64,000 nt of DNA from Chitinimonas koreensis (GCF_014353015.1 NZ_CP060704.1:1282210-1346209), one strand, 5' to 3'. Counted from the first letter of the stretch, positions 23,389 to 33,217 are shown. Numbers and translations: made by a program. Notes: generated from the sequence alone by a model not told the origin.

Positions 23389-23465
23389 GGAGCGGTAGTT
23401 CAGTTGGTTAGAATACCGGCCTGTCACGCCGGGGGTCGCGGGTTCGAGTCCCGTCCGCTCCGCCA
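23389..23465 (+). tRNA. tRNA-Asp (anticodon GTC)
   Basis: GGAGCGGTAGTTCAGTTGGTTAGAAT..CCTGTCACG..GGTTCGAGTCCCGTCCGCTCCGCCA. Confidence 0.9.
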
Positions 23466-23547
23466 AACAAAAGGGTGAACGTCATGTTCACCCTTTTTTA
23501 TTGTCTCGTTCGAACCAGGCGCCCGCGGGCGTGGAGATGCGTTCCCC

Positions 23548-25344
23548 ATGTTTGAATTCGTCCATAACAATCGCCGCCTGGTCGGTGTCGCGCTGGGCCT
23601 GGTGGTCCTCGGCCTGATGGTCGGCGGCGGCGTCGCCGGCTACAGCGCCGTCGGCGGCGAGGTCTTCCTGGCCAAGGTCGACGGCGTCAAGATCACCGAG
23701 CGCGACCTGGCCGATGCGGCCGGTGGCCAGGCGGTGCCCGACGCGATGAAGCCGCAACTGGTGCAGCAACTGGTGCAGCGCCAACTGCTGCTGGGCGAGT
23801 CGGCCAAGCGCCACGTGCTGGCCGACGATGCGCGGCTGCGCGAGCAGATCCTGCAGATCGACGCGTTCAAGGACAACGGCAAGTTCAGCAAGGAGCAATA
23901 CGAGCGCCTGCTGGCGGCCCGCCAGATGACGGTCGACCAGTTCGAGAAGAAGCTGCGCGAGGACCTGGCGGTGCAGCTCCTGGCCGGTTCGCTCGGCGAC
24001 AGCGCCTTCGGCTCGCGCCTTGCCGCCGCCAGGCTGTCGAGCGCGCTGGTCGAGCCGCGCACGGTCGAGAGCCATGCCTACACTGCGGAGGGCTTCATGG
24101 CCCAGGCCGCCGTGGGCGAAGACAAGGTCAAGCAGTATTACGATGCCCACCTGTCCGACTATCGTCAGCCCGAGCGCGTGAAGCTCGCCTACGTGGTGCT
24201 GTCCAAGGAAGAGCTGGCGCAGAAGGTGACGATCGAGCCGGCCAAGCTGCAGCGCTACTTCGACGAGCACAAGAACGAGCTGGCGCCGGAAGAGCGCCAG
24301 GTGCGCCATATCCTGATCCAGGCCGACAAGTCGGCCACGGCCGAGCAGAAGGCTGCCGCACGCAAGAAGGCCGAAGGCATCCTGGCCGAGCTCAAGCAGA
24401 ACCCGGCCAAGTTCGCCGAGCTGGCCAAGCAGCATTCGCAGGATCCGGGCTCGGCCGCGCAGGGCGGCGACCTCGGCTTCTTCGGCCGCGGCGCCATGGT
24501 CAAGCCGTTCGAGGACGTGGCCTTCAAGCTGGCCAAGGGCGAGCTGAGCGATGTGGTCGAGACCGACTTCGGCTACCACGTGCTGCAGCTCGAGGCGATC
24601 AAGACCAAGACCTTCGACGAACTGAAGCCGGTGATCGAGCAGCGCCTCAAGCAGGAGGAGGCGCAGAAGCGCTTCCAGGCCGAGATCGAGAAGTTCTCCG
24701 ACCTCGCCTACCAGCAGGCCGACAGCCTGCAGCCGCTGGTCGACGCCTACGGCCTGACGCTGCGCAACAGCGACTGGATGACGCGCGAAGCCTCGCCGGA
24801 CCCGCAGCTCAACACGCCCAAGCTGCGCGAGGCGGTGTTCGCCGAGGACGTGCTGAAGAACAAGCACAACAGCGAGGCGGTCGAGGTCGCCCCGGGTACG
24901 CTGCTGGTGGCCCGCGTGGCGCAGCACGAGCCGGCCAAGCAGCAGGCACTGGCCGAAGTGGCGCCGGCGATCACCGACAAGCTCAAGCGCGAGGCGGCGG
25001 AGAAGCTGGCCCGCGACGCCGGCCAGAAGACGCTGGCCGCGCTGCGCAAGGGCGAGACGGTGGCGGTCGAGTGGACGCCGGCGGTCACCGCTTCGCGCAT
25101 CCAGCCGCAGGGCCTGGCCAAGACGGCGGTCGACGCCGTCTTCGCCGTGGCGACCCCCGGTTATGCCGGCGTGGAAGTGCCGGGCGGCTACACCGTCTAC
25201 CGCGTCGCCAAGGCCGCGGCGCCGGCGCAGGACCAGGCCGCGCTGGCCGGCCTGCAGGCTTCGCTGGGCCGGGTCGGCTCGGAGCAGGCGCTGGCCGCCT
25301 ACCTGGCCGGCCTGCGGACCCGTGCGAAGGTGGAGACCCGCTGA
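23548..25344 (+). CDS. ppiD: Periplasmic chaperone / peptidyl-prolyl isomerase PpiD
   Basis: N-terminal TM anchor, SurA-like domains and parvulin domain. Conserved position after lon-hupB. Confidence 0.85.
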   Translation: MFEFVHNNRRLVGVALGLVVLGLMVGGGVAGYSAVGGEVFLAKVDGVKITERDLADAAGGQAVPDAMKPQLVQQLVQRQLLLGESAKRHVLADDARLREQILQIDAFKDNGKFSKEQYERLLAARQMTVDQFEKKLREDLAVQLLAGSLGDSAFGSRLAAARLSSALVEPRTVESHAYTAEGFMAQAAVGEDKVKQYYDAHLSDYRQPERVKLAYVVLSKEELAQKVTIEPAKLQRYFDEHKNELAPEERQVRHILIQADKSATAEQKAAARKKAEGILAELKQNPAKFAELAKQHSQDPGSAAQGGDLGFFGRGAMVKPFEDVAFKLAKGELSDVVETDFGYHVLQLEAIKTKTFDELKPVIEQRLKQEEAQKRFQAEIEKFSDLAYQQADSLQPLVDAYGLTLRNSDWMTREASPDPQLNTPKLREAVFAEDVLKNKHNSEAVEVAPGTLLVARVAQHEPAKQQALAEVAPAITDKLKREAAEKLARDAGQKTLAALRKGETVAVEWTPAVTASRIQPQGLAKTAVDAVFAVATPGYAGVEVPGGYTVYRVAKAAAPAQDQAALAGLQASLGRVGSEQALAAYLAGLRTRAKVETR

Positions 25345-25429
25345 GCACCGTGATGCGCCGCTAGCTCGAAGGCCGGAGCCCGACCCGTTTCTTCGGGAAT
25401 TCCGGCTCGGCGCTTCGGCGCTCTCTGCC

Positions 25430-25465
25430 AAAACAAAAACGCCCCATCCGGGGCGTTTTTGTCTT
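25430..25465. terminator. Bidirectional rho-independent terminator between ppiD and cheR
   Basis: AAAAACGCCCCATCCGGGGCGTTTTTG, a perfect hairpin with A/T tracts on both sides. Confidence 0.7.
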
Positions 25466-25489
25466 TCCGGGCCGAACGGCGCGAGCGGA

Positions 25490-26364
25490 TCAGCGGCCGC
25501 GCCCGGGCGCCGCGCCGGCGGCCTTGGCCTCGGGTGAATTGAGCTCGTACACGGTCTTGCCGCGCAGGCGGAACAAGTGGGCGGCGTGGTAGAGGTTTTC
25601 CGAGTGGCCGACGAACAGCAGGCCGTTCGACCGCAGCAGCGGGGCGAAGCGTTCGAGGATGCGTAACTGGGTCGACCGGTCGAAATAGATCATCACGTTG
25701 CGGCAGAAGATCGCGTCGAACGGCCCGCGCACCGACCAGACCGGATCGATCAGGTTCTGCCGGCGGAAGGTCATCATCTCGCGCAGTTCGGGCCGGATCT
25801 CGTACTGGCCGTCGGCGCGCTTGCTGAAGAAGCGGCTCAGCTGCAGCGGCGTCAGCTTGTCGACCTTGTCGGCGCTGTAGACGCCGGCCTGGGCGGTCTT
25901 GAGCACGCTGGTGTCGAGGTCGGTCGAGATGATCTTGACCGGCGGCTTGAGGCTGTCGAAGGCCTCGGCCGCGGTGATGGCGATCGACCACGGCTCCTCG
26001 CCGGTCGAGGCGGCCGAGCACCAGATGTTCAGCGTGCCCTGCGCCTTGTTGGCGCGCAGATGCTCGAGCAGGGCGGGAAGTGGTGCTGTTCGCGGAAGAA
26101 CGAGGTCAGGTTGGTGGTCAGCGAGTTGATGAACGCTTCCCACTCGGCCTCGTTGCCGCGCTCCAGCAGCACCAGGTATTCCTGGAAGGTGGCGAAGCCG
26201 TGCGCCCTGAGCCGCTTGGCCAGCCGGCCGTAGACCATGTCGTGCTTGCTGTCGTTGAGCGCGATGCCGGCGTAGTCGTAGATCAGCTTCTTCACGCGCT
26301 CGAAATCCTGCTGCGTGAACTTGAACTCGCGGTGGGCGGGCGGTACCGCTGCGCTGCTGGGCAA
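25490..26364 (-). CDS. cheR: Chemotaxis protein methyltransferase CheR (orphan), with a frameshift near 26070
   Basis: N-terminal helical domain (FKFTQQDFERVKKLIYDYAGI) in one frame. SAM-MTase domain (NIWCSAASTGEEPWSIAI..FCRNVMIYFD) in the other. Confidence 0.75.
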
Positions 26365-26559
26365 GGGCGGCAGGATCGGGCGGGCGGGGGCGGCGTATCT
26401 CTCATCGTGACCTCATCTTAGCAGCCCGCCGGAACAAGCCAATCGGTGTCTGCATATATGGAGCCATAGCCAGAGCAAGCTTGTCGCCGTCAGTGAATGC
26501 ACGCCCGCGCGCGGCAAGACGGGCGGCCGAGCCGGCGCCCAGGCTGCATCCGACGCCAC

Positions 26560-26830
26560 CGAACTGCCCGCTGGGGCCAGGTCACTGCCGGTAGCGCCAG
26601 CATCAGCAGCACGGTCGATACGCTGAAGGTGCAGCAGGCCAGCCAGCGCGCCGCCATCAACTGGCAGACTTTCTCGATCGGCAGCAATGCCACCATCGCC
26701 AGCGCCAGCGGAGGCGGCGACATCTGCGTCAACGACGCGATCGGCTGGGCGACCGGCAATGCCCTGACGTTGAACGCCTCCATGCGGCCGGCCACGACAA
26801 CGTCGGCGGCCTGGCCGGCGGGAACTCGGG
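26560..26830 (+). pseudogene. Remnant of a two-partner-secretion (filamentous haemagglutinin N-terminal/TPS domain) gene
   Basis: Translation contains TLKVQQASQRAAINWQTFSIGSNATI, matching the conserved NxxxINWxxFNIG secretion-domain motif. Only about 90 aa; no surrounding intact ORF. Confidence 0.4.
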
Positions 26831-27062
26831 TGGCGCCGTCGGCAATACCGCGGTGACGCGTGGCACCGTCACCGGCCAAGCGTACGGCCGGACAAGGAAG
26901 AACCACTCAGCGAACCGGCGCCGCGCAACCGCGGATTGGCGCAGGCGGGCTGGGTGTTCTGACGGCCGGCCCGGACGAAGAAAAGCCCGCATCGCTGCAA
27001 CGATGCGGGCTTTGCGTATCTTGGGGCCTGGCGCCAAGGACGAGGCGGTCTGGTGCCCGGAG

Positions 27063-27147
27063 CCGGGGTCGAACCGGCACGGCTTGCGCCGAGGGATTTT
27101 AAGTCCCTTGTGTCTACCAGTTTCACCATCCGGGCGGAGGCGTAGGA
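27063..27147 (-). tRNA. tRNA-Leu (anticodon TAA)
   Basis: Reverse complement GCCCGGATGGTGAAACTGGTAGACAC..CTTAAAATC..GGTTCGACCCCGGCTCCGGGCACCA. Confidence 0.85.
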
Positions 27148-27323
27148 AGGCTGGCTGCCGCGCGGGTGCTGCCCTTGCCCGGTGGCTCGGCAGGCCTTGG
27201 GCCGCGCGCTCCGTTCCTACGCTGGAGAGCGGCGGATTGTAGCCCTACCGTGCTGTTTTCGCCACATGCGGCCGGTGCTGCGCCGGGTCCGGCGCGGCCT
27301 GCCGCGGTACGGCGCGGCGACGC

Positions 27324-27524
27324 TCAGGCGGCGAGCGGGTAGGCCATGGCGAACGGTTCGGGCTGCGGCAGCGCGTCGGCCAGGCCGAGCGCCAGCGCGC
27401 GTTCGGTCACGGCGATCTCGCGCCGGCCGAGCCGCGACGCGATGTCGCGCAGCGGTCGTTTTTCTCGCAGGCCCGTCAGCAGGATTTCGTCTTCGAAACT
27501 GCTCCAGCGCGTTGCCTTGCTCAT
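27324..27524 (-). CDS. Small hypothetical protein (66 aa)
   Basis: MSKATRWSSFEDEILLTGLREKRPLRDIASRL..; short ORF between tRNA-Leu and rtcA. Confidence 0.3.
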   Translation of the reverse strand: MSKATRWSSFEDEILLTGLREKRPLRDIASRLGRREIAVTERALALGLADALPQPEPFAMAYPLAA

Positions 27525-27807
27525 GCCTTGCTCCCGGGATCTGAGGCGTTTGGTTGGACTGGAGATTACGTCGTGCCGGGGCGGACGGGGTGTGAGAAGT
27601 GCCGGGGAGGCTGCGTAAAGATTCCCATGCATCGGAACTTGGCTTTTTTCGCCGTTATGCAGGGAGATTTGCACAATCGCCATCGCCGAGGATGTGCGTT
27701 TCCGCCCTGGCGCCGCGCGACCCAACCGGCCGCTCGAGCCAAGGTCCGCCTCGTTCCGGAGCCCGGCATCCGCGTCGGCCATGGCGCTTGCGACACGGCT
27801 GCAAGGC

Positions 27808-28830
27808 CTAGCCGATCTCGACCAGCCACCTGCCGTCGGCCTGCGCGCTGGCCGCGATCTCCACCGGCAGGAATTTCTCGATGACCGCGATATTGGTCAG
27901 CAGATGCGAAGACGCCGACACCGTGGTGAAGGCGCCGCCTCCCGCCAGGGCCAGCGGCAGCAGCAACTGGTCGGCCAGGTACTCGCCGACGGCCGCGCCG
28001 CTCTCGAGATAGAGCCGGGCCTGCCGCGCCGCATGGTCGGCCACGGCCTCGGCCGATACGCCGCGTTCGCCGAAGCTGGTGAACAGCTCGGTCACCTGCG
28101 CATGCGCCACTTCGATCAGCAGGGCGTTGCCCGGCCCCTCGCCGGCCGGCAGCTCGCGCACCCGGCCGCCCAGGCAGGCCAGTTGCGCGCCGGCGCGTTC
28201 CAGCTCGCGCCGGGCCACGCTGCCGGGGACGGCGGCGACCAGGGCCTCGGCCTTGAGCGCCTGCCGCTCGCCGCGGTCGATCAGCGTGATCGCCTGCAAG
28301 CCGCAGGGCTCGGTCGACGCGACGACCTCGCCGCCGCCGGCCGGGTAGAAGCCGTGCCGGCGCAGGGTGATATCGAGCTTGGCGCCCATGCGCCGGACCA
28401 GCGGCTGCCAGGCCCGGATCAGGAAATCGGCCGGCGGCGCCGCCTTGTTGTGGGTGCCGCCGCTCACCGTCACGGTGCTCGGCGCGTCGGCGAACCACAG
28501 CGCCGGCAGCACGGTCTGCAGCACCAGCGTGCAGCTGCCGGCCGTGCCGATGGCGAGACGGTAGTCGCCGCCGCGGATCGGTCCCGGCGCGAAGCGCAGG
28601 GTCTGCGAGCCGACCGCGGCGCCGTCCACCTGGGCTGACGAGACGGCCGCAGCGGCCTGTACCGCCGTCAGGTGCTGGCGCAGCAGGCCGGGCTTGCTGC
28701 GCTTGGCGCGGATATGTTCGATGCGGAACGGCCGGCCGGTGATCATGGCCAGCGTCAGCGCCGTGCGCAGCACCTGACCGCCGCCTTCGCCCTGTGAGCC
28801 GTCGAGTTCGATGATGTCTTGTTCTTTCAT
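27808..28830 (-). CDS. rtcA: RNA 3'-terminal phosphate cyclase
   Basis: EGGGQVLRTALTLAMITGRPFRIEHIRAKRSKPGL; full-length 340 aa. Confidence 0.9.
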   Translation of the reverse strand: MKEQDIIELDGSQGEGGGQVLRTALTLAMITGRPFRIEHIRAKRSKPGLLRQHLTAVQAAAAVSSAQVDGAAVGSQTLRFAPGPIRGGDYRLAIGTAGSCTLVLQTVLPALWFADAPSTVTVSGGTHNKAAPPADFLIRAWQPLVRRMGAKLDITLRRHGFYPAGGGEVVASTEPCGLQAITLIDRGERQALKAEALVAAVPGSVARRELERAGAQLACLGGRVRELPAGEGPGNALLIEVAHAQVTELFTSFGERGVSAEAVADHAARQARLYLESGAAVGEYLADQLLLPLALAGGGAFTTVSASSHLLTNIAVIEKFLPVEIAASAQADGRWLVEIG

Positions 28831-28903
28831 GGTTTTTCTTGTGGATTGAAGTCGTCCGACGCGCTCGCTCCGGACGGATTGTCAACAGCGTGAAGGTTCT
28901 TCT

Positions 28904-29698
28904 TTAGCAATCACGGATCGCGTTGAACAGCAGTGCATCGAGCGCCGATTCCTCGCCCCCGGGCCGCTTGAAATCCGCCGGCGGCTTGTCGGCAGCCAGT
29001 TCGTGTTCGATGAAGGCGTGGATGCGCGGGAAACGCGCACCGTATTCGGCTTCGCCGGCCGCCATCTTGATCGCCAGCAGCTGGTTGATTTCCTCGCGCA
29101 AGGCCGGATCGGTCACCATCGTGCCGGCCAGTTCGGCGAAGCGCATCGGCGGCATGCCGCGGCCGGTGTCGATCCACTGCGCGGCCAGCAATGGGCGCAG
29201 CACGTAGAGATACTTCTTGAGCCGTACCGTCTCGCCTTGCAGATAGCCGCGGAAATTCTTCTTCGCCATCGCCAGGTAATGCCAGCGCCCCTTGCGTTCG
29301 GAAAAGAATGCCGGTGCCAGGCTCTGCAACTGGCCGGCCACCTGTGCGTCTTCGCGGTAGACGACGGGCGAGTCGAGCCATTCGAACAGCGTCGGATTGG
29401 ACCGCCGTATCAGTTGCAGCGCCTTGCGCAGCTCCCAGCCGCACACGTCGAGCTCGTCGCTGATCGGCACTTCGATGACGTCGCGCTGCGGCTCGACGCG
29501 CAGGTACCAGTCGAGCTCGTGCACGTAGAGAAAGCGTACGTCGTAGTCGCTGTCGGGCGAGGCGAAGCCCCAGCCGCGGCTGCCGGATTCGCAGGCGAAC
29601 AGCACGCGCACGGCGTGGCGCTGCTCGATCGCCGCCAGTTCGGCCTCAATGCGCTGCCGTATTGCCTCATCGATCGGATGAGCGCTCAGAATGGTCAT
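28904..29698 (-). CDS. Pol-beta-superfamily nucleotidyltransferase domain protein, encoded between rtcB and rtcA
   Basis: Minimal NTase motif FACESGSRGWGFASPDSDYDVRFLY (GS...DxD); 264 aa. Confidence 0.6.
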   Translation of the reverse strand: MTILSAHPIDEAIRQRIEAELAAIEQRHAVRVLFACESGSRGWGFASPDSDYDVRFLYVHELDWYLRVEPQRDVIEVPISDELDVCGWELRKALQLIRRSNPTLFEWLDSPVVYREDAQVAGQLQSLAPAFFSERKGRWHYLAMAKKNFRGYLQGETVRLKKYLYVLRPLLAAQWIDTGRGMPPMRFAELAGTMVTDPALREEINQLLAIKMAAGEAEYGARFPRIHAFIEHELAADKPPADFKRPGGEESALDALLFNAIRDC

Positions 29699-29817
29699 GG
29701 AAATTCCCCGTCTTTCAAATCCCGGCGGTCCAGCTTGTATTCCGGCATCTTGCCGCCGGTCGTCACCCGCCCCGGCATTCTGCCAGCCGCAGCCCGGCCA
29801 TCGCCGGGCTGCCGGGC

Positions 29818-31032
29818 TCAACCCTTCACGCAGACCACCTGCCGCAAGGTATGCACGATCTCCACCAATTCCGACTGCGCCGCCATCACCTTGTCGATGT
29901 CCTTGTAGGCCATCGGGATCTCGTCGATCACGTCTTCGTCCTTGCGGCACTCGACGTGGGCCGTCGCCTTGATCTGGTCTGCCACGGTGAACAGCTTCCT
30001 GGCCTTGGTGCGGCTCATGGTGCGGCCCGCGCCATGGCTGCACGAGCAGAACGCTTCCTCGTTGCCGAGTCCGCGCACGATGAAGCTCCTGGCGCCCATC
30101 GAGCCGGGGATGATGCCGAGCTGGCCCTTCCGGGCCGACACGGCACCCTTGCGCGTCACCAGCACTTCGCGGCCGAAGTGGGTCTCCTTCTGCACGTAGT
30201 TGTGGTGGCAGTTCACCGCTTCCACGTCGGCGGCGAAGGGCTTGGCGATCACCTTGCGGGCGGCGGCGACGACGTTCTGCATCATCACCGCGCGGTTCCG
30301 CCGGGCGAAGTCCTGCGCCCAGCCGACTGCTTCGACATAGTCGTCGAAGTGCCGGCTGCCTTCCTCGAAGTAGGCCAGGTCGCGATGCGGCAGGTTGGCG
30401 ATGTGCTGGCGCATGTCCGCCTGCGCCAGTTCGATGAACAGGTTGCCGATGGCGTTGCCCACGCCGCGCGAACCCGAGTGCAGCATGAACCAGACGCGGT
30501 TTTCCTCGTCGAGGCAGACCTCGATGAAGTGGTTGCCGGTTCCCAGCGTTCCCAGGTGCTTGTGGTTGTTGGTGCGCTCCAGCTGCGGATGCTTTTCGGT
30601 GATCCGCTTGAAGCCCTGGTGCAGCTCGCCCCACATGGCGTCGACCGTCGCCGGCGGGACCTCCCAGGCGCCCTTGTCGCGCTTGCCCATCGTCTTGCCG
30701 TGCGGGACCGCGGCTTCGATGGCCGAACGCAGGCCGGCCAGGTCGTCGGGCAGGTCCGCGGCGGTCAGTGTGGTGCGGGCGGCCATCATGCCGCAGCCGA
30801 TATCCACCCCGACCGCGGCCGGGATGATGGCACCGAGCGTCGGGATCACGCTGCCGATGGTCGAACCCTTGCCCAGGTGCACGTCCGGCATCACCGCCAG
30901 GTGCTTGTAGATGAAGGGCATCCTGGCCGTGTTCATCAGCTGGGCGCGCGCTTCTTCTTCGACCGGCACGCCTTGGGTCCACATCTTGATCGGGGCGCCG
31001 TGGGGCACGGCGAGAGTGTCGTACTTGTTCAT
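29818..31032 (-). CDS. rtcB: RNA-splicing ligase RtcB
   Basis: MNKYD..; metal-binding His/Cys motifs (HSGSRGVGNAIG, NCHHNY, CSCSHGAGR); 404 aa. Confidence 0.95.
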   Translation of the reverse strand: MNKYDTLAVPHGAPIKMWTQGVPVEEEARAQLMNTARMPFIYKHLAVMPDVHLGKGSTIGSVIPTLGAIIPAAVGVDIGCGMMAARTTLTAADLPDDLAGLRSAIEAAVPHGKTMGKRDKGAWEVPPATVDAMWGELHQGFKRITEKHPQLERTNNHKHLGTLGTGNHFIEVCLDEENRVWFMLHSGSRGVGNAIGNLFIELAQADMRQHIANLPHRDLAYFEEGSRHFDDYVEAVGWAQDFARRNRAVMMQNVVAAARKVIAKPFAADVEAVNCHHNYVQKETHFGREVLVTRKGAVSARKGQLGIIPGSMGARSFIVRGLGNEEAFCSCSHGAGRTMSRTKARKLFTVADQIKATAHVECRKDEDVIDEIPMAYKDIDKVMAAQSELVEIVHTLRQVVCVKG

Positions 31033-31391
31033 TGCCTGTTTTCCTTGATCGTTCCCGCCATTTTCCGGCGCCGTGCCTGGCGGCAGGCGAGGCAGCGGAC
31101 GGCGGTCGTATACACATCGCCCTGGGCGGTTTCGTACCACCATTGCTGCTGTTCTGCTGTCCATACCTGGTGCGCGCCGCAATCGCGGCAGGTGAAGGCC
31201 AGGTCCTCGTAGTAACCGCGCCCGACGAATGCGGGCGCCCAGTCGCTGCAGTGGGGCGCCAGGAGTGCCAGATTGACCTGCCTGGCTCTCTTGGGTCGGA
31301 CCGCTGCGGGGGCGATCGGCGTCGCTGCTTCCCGCCGCGCCTGGCGTCGCGCCATGATGGCGGCCCGTTTCTGTTTTCCGCTTCGCATCAT
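31029..31391 (-). CDS. Small basic zinc-ribbon protein; stop overlaps the rtcB start
   Basis: CRDCGAHQ...CLACRQ (CxxC..CxxC), Lys/Arg-rich N-terminus. ATGA overlap with rtcB. Confidence 0.45.
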   Translation of the reverse strand: MMRSGKQKRAAIMARRQARREAATPIAPAAVRPKRARQVNLALLAPHCSDWAPAFVGRGYYEDLAFTCRDCGAHQVWTAEQQQWWYETAQGDVYTTAVRCLACRQARRRKMAGTIKENRQ

Positions 31392-31432
31392 GCATTTCCT
31401 TGCCGCCCGGCGGACTCGTCCGCCGGGCGTAT

Positions 31433-32569
31433 CTAGGCTTTCAGTTTCACCAGTCCGTTCAGCAACTGGTCGAGGCCGCCGAATACCGAGATCTTGTCGA
31501 TCCGCTCGGCCAGCCGTTCCAGCGTTTCCAGCTCCTTGAGCCGCAGGGCCGTCGGGTTGTCTTCCATCACCTTGGCGGTGTTCAGCAAGGAGCGGGTCGC
31601 CCCGGTTTCCTCGCGCCGGCGGATCACGTTGGCCTGGGCCGCCTTCTCGGCCTCGACCACCTGGGCCAGCAGCGCCTTCATCTCGCCGGGCAGCACGATG
31701 TCCTTCACGCCCAGGCTGGTCACCTTCACGCCGAAGCCCTGCAGCTTGGCGTCCAGGTGGCGGCTCACCACCTCGTCCACCAGCTGCTTGTTCTCCAGCA
31801 GCTCGTCGAGCGTACGGGTGCCGACGGCGGCGCGCAGGCCGAACTGCAGCTCGCGGTAGATGTGCTCGGCCGGCTTGGGCAGGCAGGAATACGCCAGCTC
31901 GACGTCGTCGAAGTACCAGGTGGCCGCCAGGTTGATGCGCAGGCTCACCTTGTCGCGGGTCAGGATTTCCTGGCCGCCGACTTCCAGCGCCTGCAGGCGG
32001 GTATCCACCAGCTCGACCGCGATGTCGCGGTTGAAGCGCCAGTAGCCGTAGCGCCCCGGCTGCAGCAGCCGGGCCAGCTTGCCGTCCACCCGCAGCAGGC
32101 CGAGATGGAACGCCGGCACCTGCACGTTCAGCACCGCGCCGAGGCCGGCGATGGAACGGCCGCGCAGGCCGGGCTGGGCCATGCGCGCCAGCAGCTCGGC
32201 CGGGACTTCGCAGCCCTCGTTCAGCGCCACGCGCTCCAGGCGTTGCGGCGCGGCGGATTTCCAGTACAGCTTGCGCGAGCCCGGCGGCAGGATTTCCGCC
32301 AGCGCCTCGTTTTCGAAGCGCAGCCCCGCTTCCTCGTCGCCGAGGTCGAACACCTGGAACTGGTCGGCGATCAGGGCCGGCTCGTTGCGCCGCAGGTAGT
32401 CGGCCAGCGGGTGTTCGAACAGCGCCGTTTCCAGCGGGAAGGCGCAGACGCTGTAGCGCTTGTTCGGATCGAACAGCCGGATTTCGCCCGGCGCCAGCAG
32501 GCGCTGGAAATCGCCGTCGCGCAGCAGGAGTGCGCGTTCGTTCTTACGGATGAGGAAGCGTTGCCACAT
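31433..32569 (-). CDS. SPFH/band-7 (stomatin/slipin-like) domain protein
   Basis: Band-7 core (VKDIVLPGEMKALLAQVVEAEKAAQANVIRRREETGA) with long N-terminal extension; 378 aa. Confidence 0.7.
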   Translation of the reverse strand: MWQRFLIRKNERALLLRDGDFQRLLAPGEIRLFDPNKRYSVCAFPLETALFEHPLADYLRRNEPALIADQFQVFDLGDEEAGLRFENEALAEILPPGSRKLYWKSAAPQRLERVALNEGCEVPAELLARMAQPGLRGRSIAGLGAVLNVQVPAFHLGLLRVDGKLARLLQPGRYGYWRFNRDIAVELVDTRLQALEVGGQEILTRDKVSLRINLAATWYFDDVELAYSCLPKPAEHIYRELQFGLRAAVGTRTLDELLENKQLVDEVVSRHLDAKLQGFGVKVTSLGVKDIVLPGEMKALLAQVVEAEKAAQANVIRRREETGATRSLLNTAKVMEDNPTALRLKELETLERLAERIDKISVFGGLDQLLNGLVKLKA

Positions 32570-32828
32570 ATTGTTTTTCTCCTGTTTTCGAATGAGCCGG
32601 CGGTCGCCGATCCGGCCGGGAGGCGGAATGGCCGGCAAGGGTGCGGACGGGCTTCGTGCTGGTCTGTCACGCGACACCTGGCCTGCCAGTGTCGATCGCT
32701 CAGTCACAGCGTCGTGCCTGTCTCTGCCTTGCGGCGATTCCCGTCCCGGGCCGGATCGGCGGCGACGTCGCCGTCGCACCGGGTACTGCCTGTTGCTGCT
32801 TCAAGTCACCTTGTCAGGTGGTTTCGAG

Positions 32829-32901
32829 CGGGAGTCGAACCCGCGACACGCTGATCGGAACCAGCTGCTCTACCCATTGAGCTATCGAATGGCGGCGATT
32901 C
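32829..32901 (-). ncRNA. tRNA-like RNA B (near-complete cloverleaf, anticodon loop TTCCGAT = Arg-CCG-like; acceptor stem imperfect)
   Basis: D-arm GCTCAATGGGTAGAGC, T-arm GCGGGTTCGACTCCCGC, 3' ..CCA. The anticodon stem is 1 nt short (possible indel) and two acceptor pairs are mismatched. Confidence 0.5.
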
Positions 32902-32948
32902 CGGGAATCGAACCCGGAGCGAGCTGCCCGCATCGCCGATGACCGTCT
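32900..32948 (-). ncRNA. tRNA-like minihelix A (acceptor stem + T-arm + CCA only)
   Basis: 5'-CGGCGAT-GCGGGCAGCTCGCT-CCGGGTTCGATTCCCGG-A-ATCGCCG-CCA. Perfect 7 bp acceptor-like stem; no D or anticodon arm. Confidence 0.4.
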
Positions 32949-33057
32949 CCTCGTCGCCGCGGCATGTACGTCCACGACTGGACTGGTGGCGTACACCGGA
33001 GCGGCATCGGAACCGCTGCCCGTCGGCGTGCGCCGATTCGGCGGTCGAGGCTTCCAT

Positions 33058-33073
33058 TGCGAGATGCGTGCCA
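33058..33073 (-). promoter_or_regulatory. Sigma-54 (-24/-12) promoter driving the tRNA-like/SPFH/rtcBA operon
   Basis: Minus strand reads TGGCACGcatcTCGCA against consensus TGGCACG-N4-TTGCA. About 100 nt upstream of minihelix A, divergent from rtcR. Confidence 0.65.
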
Positions 33074-33217
33074 GCTGGGTCCGGCGCATCGGGCAAGGTG
33101 GGTAAGTATCTGTATGGAAATGAATATCGCGTAGCGAGGCCGCCCAGTCCGTTCCGCGTGTCCCGGTTATTTGCAATACAATGAGATAGCTATTTATCCA
33201 AAAAGATAAGGTCGACC

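Noticed and set aside
28904-31117. 737-aa ORF spanning the NTase gene and the antisense of rtcB
   Set aside because: Only the C-terminal 264 aa (from MTILSAHP) look like a real protein. The upstream part is a shifted-frame overlap with rtcB on the same strand.
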